A stretch of DNA of 64,000 nucleotides from Tricharina praecox (Eukaryota), in NCBI RefSeq assembly GCF_024521635.1, contig NW_026250430.1:248001-312000 (forward strand), given 5' to 3'. Below are positions 37,916 to 49,244 of the stretch, one piece after another. The translations under genes were made by a program, and so were the position numbers. The notes below the pieces were generated by a model. The model saw only the letters and a list, made by a program, of their open reading frames with translations. It did not search any database and was not told the origin of the DNA. Each line of letters begins with the position of its first letter. Within the stretch, counting starts at the first letter, position 1.

Positions 37916-40077
37916 TTCTTCATCTAATCTAAACAAAAACCTTCCTTTCTTGACCTCTCATACCTTCACGAACTTCTTGTTGTACTGGGAAAAAAGTTGG
38001 CAACATGGCGTTTATTCTTTGAAAGGCGTTGGCATTGATTGCTTTTTCTGTCCTCGACGGACGACGACGTGGAGGGCGTGTGCAATGTGATTGTGATTGT
38101 GACGTTGTGATTGTGACGGTGATTGTCTCGACCGTCGGTTGTGCGCGTGGAGTAATTCGCAGTAAATGCCAGTCGACCGTAGATCCCACCCGAGCTGTAC
38201 GGAGAAACATCTGCCATCATGAACAGCTACCACCGCTGCCAATCCAATCCACCCACCAGCCCATCCATCCCACCTGACATGACGATGCTCTCGAGATTGT
38301 AATCTTCTGCCCCTCATTTCGGGCCCGACCCTTATGATCAATATCTCCATCCACCGCAATGCAATAAATTCGATATAAAGCCGTACTCACGCACGTCGCG
38401 AATGGCACCTGTTATCAGGAGGCCCGAGGGTTCTATTCCGCAACATTCAATACCAGAATAATACAGGCAGCTGTACGGCTTCACGGGACTTTGTTATCTA
38501 CGTTTACGCAATTGAAGGGTGGTGGGCATGGGATATCACTCGATTTCACTCGATTTCACGAATTTATGATGAATCGTCGGATACTGCGATACCTGCGTAA
38601 GTCCACTGGAGTCTGCGCGAAATACGGGAAATACAGGAAATACCGATACCGGCCGTAGTGGAGTCTGCAGTCTGCGGGAGTCTGGAGTCTGGAGTCTGCG
38701 AGAGCTCTCGTGGCTACTGTGGCTACTGTGGCTATGCAAGTGGGCGTTTGATCATGTATTGGATACCGGTAGACACCTAGTACAAGTTCTAAGGACGTTG
38801 GTAACCTCAACTCAGAGACCCGGACACTCGGGGACTCGGACACTCGGGGACTCAGAGACTTGGCGACTCGGAGTAGAGTGCTCTTGAGTCTTGGGTAGCG
38901 CTGGGTAAAGTAGTGCGCTGCGTGTTCCGGCCCACTTGGAGGACGACAAGGCCACGGTTATGGGCTGTGGGCTGTGGTGAATATCGACGTTCGGGAAGGC
39001 CGAGAATGTCGAGAACGCCATCCTCCTCCTCTTGCTCCTCCTCCGCCGCTGCGGTGCGGTAATGCAGTGTAGTGGTGGGTAAAGGACAATCTACCGAGCA
39101 CGGGGCGCACTACCTACTGGCTTCTTCAGCTCTGTAGCTCTATAGCTCTGCCATCCCGCAGCTCTGCCATCCCGCGGATTTCGGATTTCGGGTTGCAGAT
39201 TTCGGATTGCGAATACGGGCAGCTGTGGATGTGGATATAACCGCCCACCCTGCACTGCTTCAAGCTTCAACAGCCTGGTTTCCGTCGTGTAGGGAGTATG
39301 GGAAACGGGCTTAATTTCAGTATCATATCATAGGAGCCTGACTGACTGACTGCCTGCCTGCCTGCTGAAACCAATCAAGAACCCAAGAACCTAAGAACTC
39401 AGAAACTCAGGAACTCAAGACAAACCCGATACGATAGCCACTAACATCAATATCTGGCGAACGAAGCCAAACCCCAGTGGCTAGACTAGAATACAGATCG
39501 TATACATAACCGGAATGATTCGACAATCTCAATTCGAGAATCGAGATCAAGAATATATTTACGAGTGATTTTATGTGAAGCGAAGTGTTTGTGTGGACTG
39601 TCCATGGTGATGGATTGATTGTTTATACTTTTGCCGCGTGGGTTGCCGCGTGGGTTATCGAGTGTTCGGTGCCGAATCTACTCTACTCAGGCGAAGTCAA
39701 GAATACCTATGTCGCCACGGTGATACGTCTAGCCAGTACCTACGCTGCGCACCGGCACAGCCGGGGAGCCGAGTTGTATAACCGGCCATGTCACCACTTT
39801 CCTACTCAATATGTTGCAGCTCACAATCGCAACACGCTCTATTCCGCTCCGCTCCGCTCCCTTCCCATTCCATCACCATCTGCGCGGCGGCTGCACTAAA
39901 ACTACACGTAGGTACGAGAACTTCCGACTTCGGCATGCATGCTATTTTATGTTTTAGAGCACCCCTACCCTACCCTCTCCTGCTCCAAAAAGAAAGAAAG
40001 AAAGAAAGCAAAAGCAGAAACACGTCCCCTATGTCATGATTTCCCTCACGGTGGGTGGGATGAAATGTCTAGGTACT

Positions 40078-40936
40078 CTACCAGTACTTGGACTTGACGA
40101 AGTCGGCCATGGTGGGGGGGTCGAGGGGCTCGTGGGCGTCTGTTGTTGGTTGGTAGTTGTTAGTAAGGTTGAGGTATCACGGGAAGGGTGGATGTAGGAT
40201 GAGGGAGAGGGGAGCTTACGATCGCCGTGGTGGTGGTCATGGCTCTCCTCGGGGCCGACGTAGTCCATCTTGTAGACAGAGCCGCACTCGGGGCATCGCT
40301 CGATGGGACGATCCTTGGACACGGTGAGCCAGATGACGACGTGGCTGTCGGCGGGGTAGCCGGTGCATCCTAGGTAGCGCTCATCGCCGTACGACGAGAC
40401 GGTGATGGGGTCCTCGAGGGTTCCTAGAGAGGGGTGACAACTGTTTCAGCCCGGCGCTCATTGCCAATCGATTGTGTTTCATCCGGTGATGATATCATCC
40501 GTGTCGAGGTGAACAGCGACACAACACAATCCATCACCGATGGAGGGGGGGGAACTAACCCCTCCGGCTAGCATCAAGCGGCGACATGTCGAAGATGTCG
40601 ACGCCCTCCATCTTTCCGAGGATCTCGAGGCGCTCGAGACCGGTAGCCTGGTCGAGGTCGGTGGGGACAGTTCCGGGCGGGGCACCGGGGGGTAGCAGGT
40701 CGCTCTCCGTCTTGATCTCTGGCGTACGAAAGCATCAGTCGCGATGATGGGGTGGGGTGGGGGTGAGATTGGGCTCGGGGTGGGAGAGTGAAACCGTTGA
40801 ATGTCTTGTATTTCTTTTCGGGAGTGGACTGGGCCCGGAAGGCCGAGACCGAGAGGGGTCGGCTGGTCGCGGCGGCCACGGCGCGGGGCAGCGCTGCGCG
40901 GCGGAGAGTCGACGTGAGGGCACGGGTGGCGAACAT
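40078..40936 (-). CDS. COX4: Cytochrome c oxidase subunit 4 (COX5B family), 4 exons (40936-40795, 40718-40560, 40423-40220, 40139-40078)
   Basis: Arg/Ala/Ser-rich presequence; PGTVPTDLDQATGLERLEILGK, RYLGCTGYPADSH, RCPECGSVYKM zinc motif; ends ADFVKSKYW*. Confidence 0.95.
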
Positions 40937-41074
40937 GGCGAGTTTGTGGTAGGTGGTGAGTGGAGAGGTGAGGGTGGTTTGGAGGCGGTGGAGGAGTGGG
41001 TGGGTTCGGGTGCTGGAGCGTGCTGTGGGGCGATGGTGGGAAAAGCCGGAGATGGGTGGTGCCACTTCAATTAG

Positions 41075-41182
41075 CCAATCAGGGAGCGGTGTTTCGTGGG
41101 CGGGAAGTTACCCGCTGGATGACGGCACAGAAGGTAAGATGCTGGCAGATAAGATTACGAGAAGATAAGATGTGCAGATAAG
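41075..41182. promoter_or_regulatory. CCAAT box and three clustered GATAAG sites upstream of COX4
   Basis: AGCCAATCAG with CCAAT at 41075-41079; AGATAAGAT three times, GATAAG at 41148, 41164 and 41177. Confidence 0.45.
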
Positions 41183-41195
41183 ATACCGATGAGAC

Positions 41196-41800
41196 GGTTC
41201 ACCACAACTCATTCGGAACGCCTTCAACAAACAAGACGCCCAAAAAAAATACGATTCCAAGCCAGCGCGACAAAATAGTATCCCACAGTCTCCATTTAGC
41301 TTAAGATCCAATCCGATCACCCGTGCCCGCCCATCACCCATACTGCGGCCTTCCCGTCACGACCGTGTAAGCGACCACGCACCGAGTGAGATATCACAAC
41401 AAAAACGACGCCTAGTACAATACGATTTAAAGTCAAAGCAACAAAATGGTATGTTACAGTCTCTATTCAGCCTGAAAATCCAATCCGATCCCTATGAATT
41501 GGTTCACCACAATGCATTCGCAACGCAATAAACAAAAAAACAAAATAATGCGATTCGAAGTCAGCGACAAAATGGTATCCTACAGCTTCCATTCAGCTTG
41601 CAAATCCACCCTCCACCCACGTGCCCTCCGTCACTCATATTACGGACTTCCCGTCACGACCGTGCAAGCGACTGCGCAACGAGTGAGATATTACAAGACT
41701 TCCAAAACAATACGATTCCAAGCCAGCGCAACAAAAAGTGGTATCCTCCAGCCTCCAATGTCCATTCATCTTCCGAACCCCTCCTCCACCCTGCACGCAC
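41196..41800. repeat. Diverged ~300-bp tandem duplication with four internal ~55-bp sub-repeats
   Basis: GGTTCACCACAA at 41196 and 41501; TTCCCGTCACGACCGTG at 41351 and 41648; AAT(A/G)CGATT...CAAAA..GTAT units at about 41248, 41419, 41547 and 41709. Confidence 0.8.
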
Positions 41801-41834
41801 ATGCCCTCCATCCCTCCTAGTTCGTCTCGTAGTC

Positions 41835-43747
41835 TCAAACCACCCCCTTCCCCCTCTCAATACCCCGTTTATACATCTCAATCGCCACCCTTCTCTGCAC
41901 GGCATGCTCAACAATCTCCCTCGGATACCCGTAGCACCTCCTCTCCTGCTCGGTGATTTTCCACACATCCCCCCTGTAGTCCCTCAACTCTTCCACCCAC
42001 GTTCTAACATACGCCCCATCCGCATCCCACGTCAGTCCCTGCGCGGTAGGATTAAACACCCTAAAATACGGCTGGGGGTCCACACCGGCGCTGGACGCGA
42101 ACCCCCAGCCGCCATTATTACTCGCGAAGTCACCATCAACCAGTTGTTCTGCGAAGTACTGTTCGCCCAAGCGCCAGTCGATATGCAAATCCTTGCACAG
42201 AAACGAGGCGACCACCATGCGCAGGCGGTTCGGCATGAACTTCTCCTTGGCGAGCTGCCGCATGGCCGCGTCGACCAGCGGGAATCCCGTGCGCCCCGCT
42301 TTCCACGCGCTGAAGCGCGTGGAGTGCAGTGGTGACGAAGGCGCGAGCCACAAGATCGAGGCGAAGGACGGCTTGAATGGCTTGTGCATGCACACGTGCG
42401 GGAATGCGGCCAGCACGTGCCGGTAGAAATCGCGCCACGCCACTTCGGAGATCCACATGTCAAGCCCGGACTGCCCGCCAGATAGCTTGCCGCTGTTGGC
42501 GGCGCGGGCGTGGAAGACGGCGGTGCGCGCGGATAGCGTGCCCGCGGAAAAGTGTGGTGAGAGACCGGATGTCCCGGATATCGAGGGGGTGTTCCGGTCC
42601 GCTGCATACTGCCGCCCTTTCTGCGTGAGGAAGGAGGCGAGCTGGGCGGCGGCAGCTTGGGAGCCCGCCGGGTACAGCTCGTGCAGTGTCAATGTTTCCT
42701 CGGCGGTCAGGGTTTTCCCCGGTGGCAGGCTGGGGAGCGCGCTGGTAAACAGCGCGGCGCGCGTGGTGAGCGTGGACTCCGGGTTTGCTGCCGGAGGCGG
42801 ACGCAGCGTGAGCAGCGCTGGATCCTGTGATAATGCCTGGAGATAGGCCTTATACCACGGCGAGTACACGGCAAACATCTTCCCGGTAGCCTGTAATAAC
42901 CATCACCATCAGCCCCAATCCGTCGTCCACGGATATCTCCACATACCTTAGTAACGCACCTCCCCGGCGGCACGACACAAGTATCATGGACCACCTCCAC
43001 GCCGACTCCCCTCTTCATCCCCTCCTCGAGCATCCTCACATCCCTTCTCGCCTCATCAACTTCATACTCCATATTGGCATAGATCCTTTTCGCACCCCAC
43101 TCCCTCGCCAGCTGCACGACCCTTTGCGGAACATCCTTCCTGTTCTCCACAACCTCAACCCACAGCGGAATCCTCCTTCCCCTCAACACCTCGCGCAGCA
43201 CCCCAAGCGACCTGATCATAAACTCAATCCTAGCCGGCGACACCACATGCGCATCCAAGTCCTCGGGGGAGAAGATATACAGCCCCAGCACTTCAGCACC
43301 AGTCTGGGAAGCGAGGTGCAGCGCGGTATTATCACCAACCCTCAAATCCGTGCGGAACCAGTGTACGACGGCGTCGCCCGGGCCCACCGGCGGAAGCGGC
43401 GGGCGCGCGGACAGCGCGCGCACCAGCGCGTCGACCGGTGTGCTCAGGTCGCCGCTGAGGTACAACGCGCACCGGCTGTTGCGCAGGACTGATGGGTAGA
43501 ATGACCGGTTTACGATGGCGGCGTCGTACTCTTCCTCTGTGGCCGGGGCTGGGGTGGTGGGCACTGCGGCGACTGCGGCGGGGGTGGGGGGGATGAGTGT
43601 CGTCTGCACCAGCTTCGACCTCTTCTGCGTGGAGGCAGCGGCGGCAGGGAGTTTGCGTTTTGGAGGCATTGTTGTTATTGTGGAGGAGGTGATGAGACGG
43701 TGCAGAGAGATGAGGCGCGTTTTGGGGACACGCGATGGGAGGAACAT
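41835..43747 (-). CDS. PHR1: CPD DNA photolyase (class I), intron 42946-42891; alternative in-frame ATG at 43669
   Basis: VHWFRTDLRVGDN, ANMEYEVDEARRD, TSGLSPHFSAG, WISEVAWRDFY, WKAGRTGFPLVDAAMRQL, MPNRLRMVVASFLCKDL, DGDFASNNGGWG, PYFRVFNP. Confidence 0.95.
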
Positions 43748-44264
43748 GAAGGGAGAGGGGGATGTGGGATTTGCTTTTCCATTTCCATTTGGCTCTGGCT
43801 TTGGCTTTGTGGTACAATAATAACCTGGTGGGTAGCTCTGATCGTGGGGTGGAATCATGGCGTTGCACAGATCGGATGGACAGAGCTAAGGCGATAAGCG
43901 AGCGGGAGAGACACGCCGCCAAGTACTCAGGGGGGTGGGTGAGGAATGGGAAGTCACACGCGGAAGAAGTGTGGATGGTGAGGATATCCAACCATGAATT
44001 TGAATATGCAGAGCTTTGATGACAGTCGGGAGGGGGACTGGTCACGAAGAGTCTCGGGCTCAATCGATTGCGGCGAGTGTGCCATATTACATAAAACAGC
44101 ATTGCATTGGCTATCAATGTCCCGCATTGAATGATACTTCCTCCGGCAATGACAATAGAACTCATACAGCCATCCGACGCTCTCACAGCCCATTAAAAAC
44201 CTTGCACGCATAGTCGTTCTCCGTCGTCCATCAGCACTCTTCAACAGCCAACCACCGGTCACGC

Positions 44265-45380
44265 CTAACTGATCCAAACCTCCGTCCCCAACCTGTCGGT
44301 ATACCACCACCCCTTCTTCCACACCTTCGTCTTATCCCAGGCCTTTTCCCTCCCAGTAATCTCCAACTCCCTCTCCTCGGGCGTCGTCCACTTCCCGGGC
44401 TTAAAATCGAGTCTCAGCGTGCCATGCTCTCCCTGCTTCAGACACGCGACTAGATCCTTCGCATCGACACCGAGGGCGACCATCTGCGCCAGCACCTCGG
44501 GCAGGTGCATACGCACGGTATGGGTCGGCTTCTCATCGGCTACATCCTCGCCCAGCAGGCGTCTCCACGAGCCCTTTCCATTGCACTCGCCAAAGGTCCG
44601 GAAGAAGCTCGTATGGTTCCCGGGGCCGTGGAGGGCGAAGCGCATTTCCTGGCGCGAGCCCGCGAGAGGCGTGAGCTTTTTCAGTGTGCCGCGGTCGCTG
44701 GTCCACGTGGCCACGAAGGCGGACTCCAGCGCTCGTTCCCGCCCCCGGTAGAGGATGCTCCCCCGTGGTGTTAACTCGAAGCCGTGCCCGGACACGACGT
44801 CCCATGTCTGTGTTGGTACCGCGGGGATCGAGGTGGGTGTTACGGCTACGGTTGTGCCCGTCTGCGCTGCTGAGGTGACTTGTGACGCTGTTGGGGCTTT
44901 TGTCTGCGGCTGGGGTGGCAGCACGGACGACGTGCGGGTCTTGCGCCGGAAGATGACGAAGTTGCCGCCTGCTACGGGGTTGGAGAGGAGGGAGGAGGTG
45001 ACGGATTGGGCGCTTACGCAGCAGGTGGACTCGGTGCTTGTGCCGGCGGTTGGCGGGAGATGGTGGGAGAGTTGGCTGGGCTTGACGATTGCGGAGGTCC
45101 CGAGTGCTGGCATTGTGTCGTCCAGTAATGGTAGGCAGCAGTTGGGGCAGCTCGTCGGGTAGTGGGGCAGTGATGACGAGTTGAAGGATTGCGGTGAGGG
45201 CGGTGAAGAGGAGAGGACTGTTGGAATAGTGCTGCGGCGGGGTAAGCCGAGGGAACCCGTTGAGCGGGGTGAGTCGCGTGGAAATGTTCCTGGGCGTTGT
45301 TGGAGGCGAGTGGGGATGGAGATGAATGAGAGGTGGGTGGATGAGACGGGACTGAAGGTGTTTTGGTATGGACTGCCCAT
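44265..45380 (-). CDS. Hypothetical protein: S/P/T-rich N-half and globular-looking C-terminal ~170 aa
   Basis: Uninterrupted 446-codon ORF; start chosen at MGSPYQ, upstream ATG at 45605 also possible. No family recognised. Confidence 0.6.
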   Translation of the reverse strand: MGSPYQNTFSPVSSTHLSFISIPTRLQQRPGTFPRDSPRSTGSLGLPRRSTIPTVLSSSPPSPQSFNSSSLPHYPTSCPNCCLPLLDDTMPALGTSAIVKPSQLSHHLPPTAGTSTESTCCVSAQSVTSSLLSNPVAGGNFVIFRRKTRTSSVLPPQPQTKAPTASQVTSAAQTGTTVAVTPTSIPAVPTQTWDVVSGHGFELTPRGSILYRGRERALESAFVATWTSDRGTLKKLTPLAGSRQEMRFALHGPGNHTSFFRTFGECNGKGSWRRLLGEDVADEKPTHTVRMHLPEVLAQMVALGVDAKDLVACLKQGEHGTLRLDFKPGKWTTPEERELEITGREKAWDKTKVWKKGWWYTDRLGTEVWIS

Positions 45381-48110
45381 GATGGAGGAGGAGAGTGGAT
45401 GAGATGAGGGAGGATGATCAAGGAAGACAGGGCATGATGGACAGAGCAGCCCGCTACACATGAGTTGTACTAAGTCCCAATGGGAGAGGACTACATGGTT
45501 ACGTGCCATTGATTCCCTCCGTGGGCCTAAAGATGGACATCTCCTGGAGGGGTAAAGGACCAAATTTCTATGCGATCGATCACTTCCCACCAGTTTAAGT
45601 ACCATAGATGAGAATCACCGTGTAATCGAAAGCAGTTCATTCATGATTTCTCACGCAACACAATTCTAGAAGCTGCGAACGAACAACCCAAAGTCCTACG
45701 CACACCACCATCCCCATTGTAGTAAAGCAGACGACTCAACAAAAGTACTCCGAAAATTCGCATCGGAAGAATGATGGGCCCGGTGACTGCGACGCTCCAG
45801 GGACAGCCCCAACGGTACCAGTATGCAATTATGATCACTCGTTACGAAGGGAAGTCGATCATACACTTGAAAATTCCAAATGCTTCTCGCCGTCATAGAA
45901 GCGAGGAGACGAACCTCTCGGAGAGACCCGCACGCATTGGCATGCATGCATACCATTCGGTATTCTAATGACGGATGGGTATGACATGGTGTCTCTCCTC
46001 CGAATTGTCCGTGCAGATGTCCACGAAGCAGAGCGTTAAGTACGGGGATGTCATGAACTGGGTTGCCAATACCTAGCCGTAATAGTTCCGTGGCAATCGT
46101 CTGAAGACCGGATAGGTGGGGCTATGATAGTAATTAGTACCGTATGTATTCTTCGTGGCAATCCAACAGCAAAAGTACCCTTGACCATGCAGAACTGTCT
46201 GGCCGTATGGTAATGGGACTACCGATATTCGGGACACCATAGGTGCTGGCCATTGAACAGGTTATATACCGTAAGCCGTTAGTAGAACGAAAGTCCATGT
46301 CCGTCCGCACATTGCAGAGAAGAGACGGAAGTCGCCCCATAGTGTGCGTCGAGTGACTCCAGTCCTACCTACCTATTACATAATGATCGTAAAAACCCCT
46401 TCATCCCACCACCTCAATTTTATGAATGGCAAGTTGGAACTAGACATTCCGAGTAGTAATAGACTCCCATCGTGCTCGGCCGAAGGCTGAAGGTGAACTG
46501 CGCGATAGCGAACGTCTGGTCCGGTTGAAAAAAACGGATCGTCGCGAGTGATTGAACATGTCTACAACTCCCGGTGATACCCTATGTACGAATCGAGTCG
46601 AGTTCACCTGCCACATGGCTACATTTGCATAGATCAAGTGGGGTCACAACGCGCTTGAGCGGGGACTGACAGAACACTACTAGAAGAGGACTGGGTGGTG
46701 GAGGTATTCACGTCAATATTCCTTCTGGTAAGATATTGTCCCACAGCTTCCTAGCATCAATCCCGTACTCCGCCCAGGACCTCAGAACCTCAGCGGCTCT
46801 CGAGTCTCTTTGATATCACTCTCACCCACTCACATCACCAGCGCCCCCTCTACTCAATTCCACTGTTACCGCCTACCTCTCATACGTACATATAATTTTT
46901 TATTTTATTGCACCGGCCATCACAGCGTAGCGTCCTGCCTAGCGACTCGCGAGCATACATACTAGGAGGGGCGGGGCGCGGAGCGTGATACACGGTCTGA
47001 AACGGAATCTACCGCGCCACCCTGCATTCTGCATCCGACTTGGAAAATAAATTCTTCGTACATAGGTGATGGCGCGACTCCGCAGGCGGGGACAAGAAAA
47101 TCGTTCGCTCCTCCTGCTGTGGAGGAGGAATTGATTAGTACAGAACAGAACACATTGGCGGATACAGACGGGATACAAACGGAGACGGAGGAGGAGGACG
47201 TGTTTCGGAAACGTCTCGAAGATACTGTAGTTACTCTATTTATTGCTGGCTCAGTGGCCCCGCTCCCCTGCCGAGATGCGGACGAAGATAGGCGACGCGA
47301 CGGGCAGGGCGGGGGCGAAACGAAGCGGTTAGGCTATCGACAGCAGTTATCGGCAGGGCCAGCAGCAGGCACGCAGGCAGGCAGGGCACGGACGGACTGC
47401 ACTGCCGGTGGGATCATCGGTCTTCTGGAAGCAGGAGGGAAGCGAAGCTGCGAAGCTGCGAGGGGGGGACCGCATCATGCGAGGAGCAGGATTGCACGAA
47501 GCATTGAGGAACCGCGTAAATGTGGCTGAGCACTGAGCGGTGTGTGGTGAAGCCGCTCGAATTGTGCATGTGGGCGGGCCCTTTCCCCTTTTTCCCCCGA
47601 CAGGTGCTTCTTCTTCGACTTCTTTGATGGCTTCGGCCTCGGGATCGTGGGTCGCACTTTACTTGATTTGGTCTCGGCGCCGTGATTCGAGGCGATCGAG
47701 GATGGTTGTGATGATGATGGTGATGATGGTGATGATGATGATGATGCGGCTGATGGAGAGTGATGCTGATGATGATGCGGCTGATGAAGAGTGATGCTGA
47801 TGCTAATACTAATGCTGATGCGGCTGATGGAGAGTGATGCTGATGCTGATACTAATGCTGATGTTGATGTCGATGCGGATGTCGATGCTGATGCTGACAG
47901 CTGTGCCTTCCCTCTGCCGCTGCCGCCTTCTACCCCCTCTCCCAATCTCTCCCAGCTGCTTAAGCCGTCATCCCCATTCCCATTCCATCCGTCCCCATTC
48001 TCCCTGATTGCTGTTCCCACTTTGCAAACGCCAGCCCGCGCAACCGCCGATTCGATTGCGCTGCTCTCCTTCTCGATTCCTATTCTTCTCGTTCTCTCCC
48101 CTCCGTTCCC

Positions 48111-48180
48111 CCTCATCGTGACGAAAGACCCTGCCCACGCTTCCCCCTCATCGTGACGAAAGACCCTGCCCACGCTTCCC
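48111..48180. repeat. ~34-bp direct tandem duplication
   Basis: TCATCGTGACGAAAGACCCTGCCCACGCTTCCC occurs twice back to back. Confidence 0.85.
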
Positions 48181-49244
48181 TCTCCTCTTGCGGTGATCCA
48201 CTTACCGCGGCCCACTAGCCCACCACTTTCAGCTGCTTCGGCTCGCCCCTTGTTTGTCGCACGTTGGCGGCGACGCGGTTTCTGCTCCTGCAGAACGAAG
48301 CCATCAAAGCAGCCCACCACGGCTTATCCGACGTCGACTACTACCGAACCGATCGGTGCTCGTGCTGCATCCATCTGACATAAACACTACTTCTTACTAA
48401 GTACCGCCCGCATCTCTCCATCATAATTATCGCTTAAGAACGGGAATCTCCTGTTCGTGATCTGTCTTCCGTTCGTTCTTATCGATTATCGGCACCCCCC
48501 CCCCCCCCCAAAAAAAAAAGAAAAAAAAAGAACCGCTGTCTCGTCTCGCTGTCGCGCATTCCTCGACCCAATCAGCCAATCAACCACCCCTATTCCCCCC
48601 GCGCCAGTGCCAGCACCCACCCCACTATCTCCCGCGGGGAAGAGCGAGCGAGCGAGCTGTGTGTCCTCCGTCCGCCGCCGCCGCCACCACCACCAAAAAG
48701 ACAAGCCAGATCTCGCCTCGCCTCGCCTCGACAGCTGCTGCTTGACCGCCCGCTTCTACCCCACCCCCCCGCTCCCGCCCTTCCCTTCCCTGACGCAATC
48801 GATCGCAACACGTGCTACCCGCATACAGGAACCGAAAGACACGATACATCCTATCCAGTCCTGCCCATCCGTCGTCGCCCATCCGTCGTCGCCCGTCGTA
48901 CATATCCCCATCCCCAACTCTCCCCGCTCCCCAACCAACGACGTGTGTTTCTCGCTGTGTGTTGTATCGCGTAACCCCCCCATACCGTGCTCGCTTCGCC
49001 GCACACGAAAAAGCTACATACATCATACAACTACTAGACAATCAATCAATCAATCAGTCAATCAAGCGCGACGCCTCAGCCGGAGCGTGAAGGAGGGCTA
49101 GATAGTAATCGCACCCGCCCGCACGAGCTGCGACAGCTCGCTCGCTAAGTAGCTTTGCGGCCTCGTCTCGTCGGATCCTGCCACCGCCCTTCGCCCTTCG
49201 CCCTCCGCCCCTCCCCCTCCACCGCCCACACACACACAGCCGCG

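Noticed and set aside
41196..41800. CRISPR-like repeat-spacer array
   Set aside because: Eukaryotic context, degenerate repeats, the intervening segments are themselves duplicated, and there are no cas genes.
45600..47100. Transposon relic in a non-repetitive intergenic stretch
   Set aside because: No transposase or reverse transcriptase motifs, LTRs or terminal inverted repeats detected by eye.
47475..48320. 281-aa minus-strand ORF and D/A-repeat plus-strand ORFs
   Set aside because: Driven by (GAT/GCT)n microsatellites; no recognisable domain.
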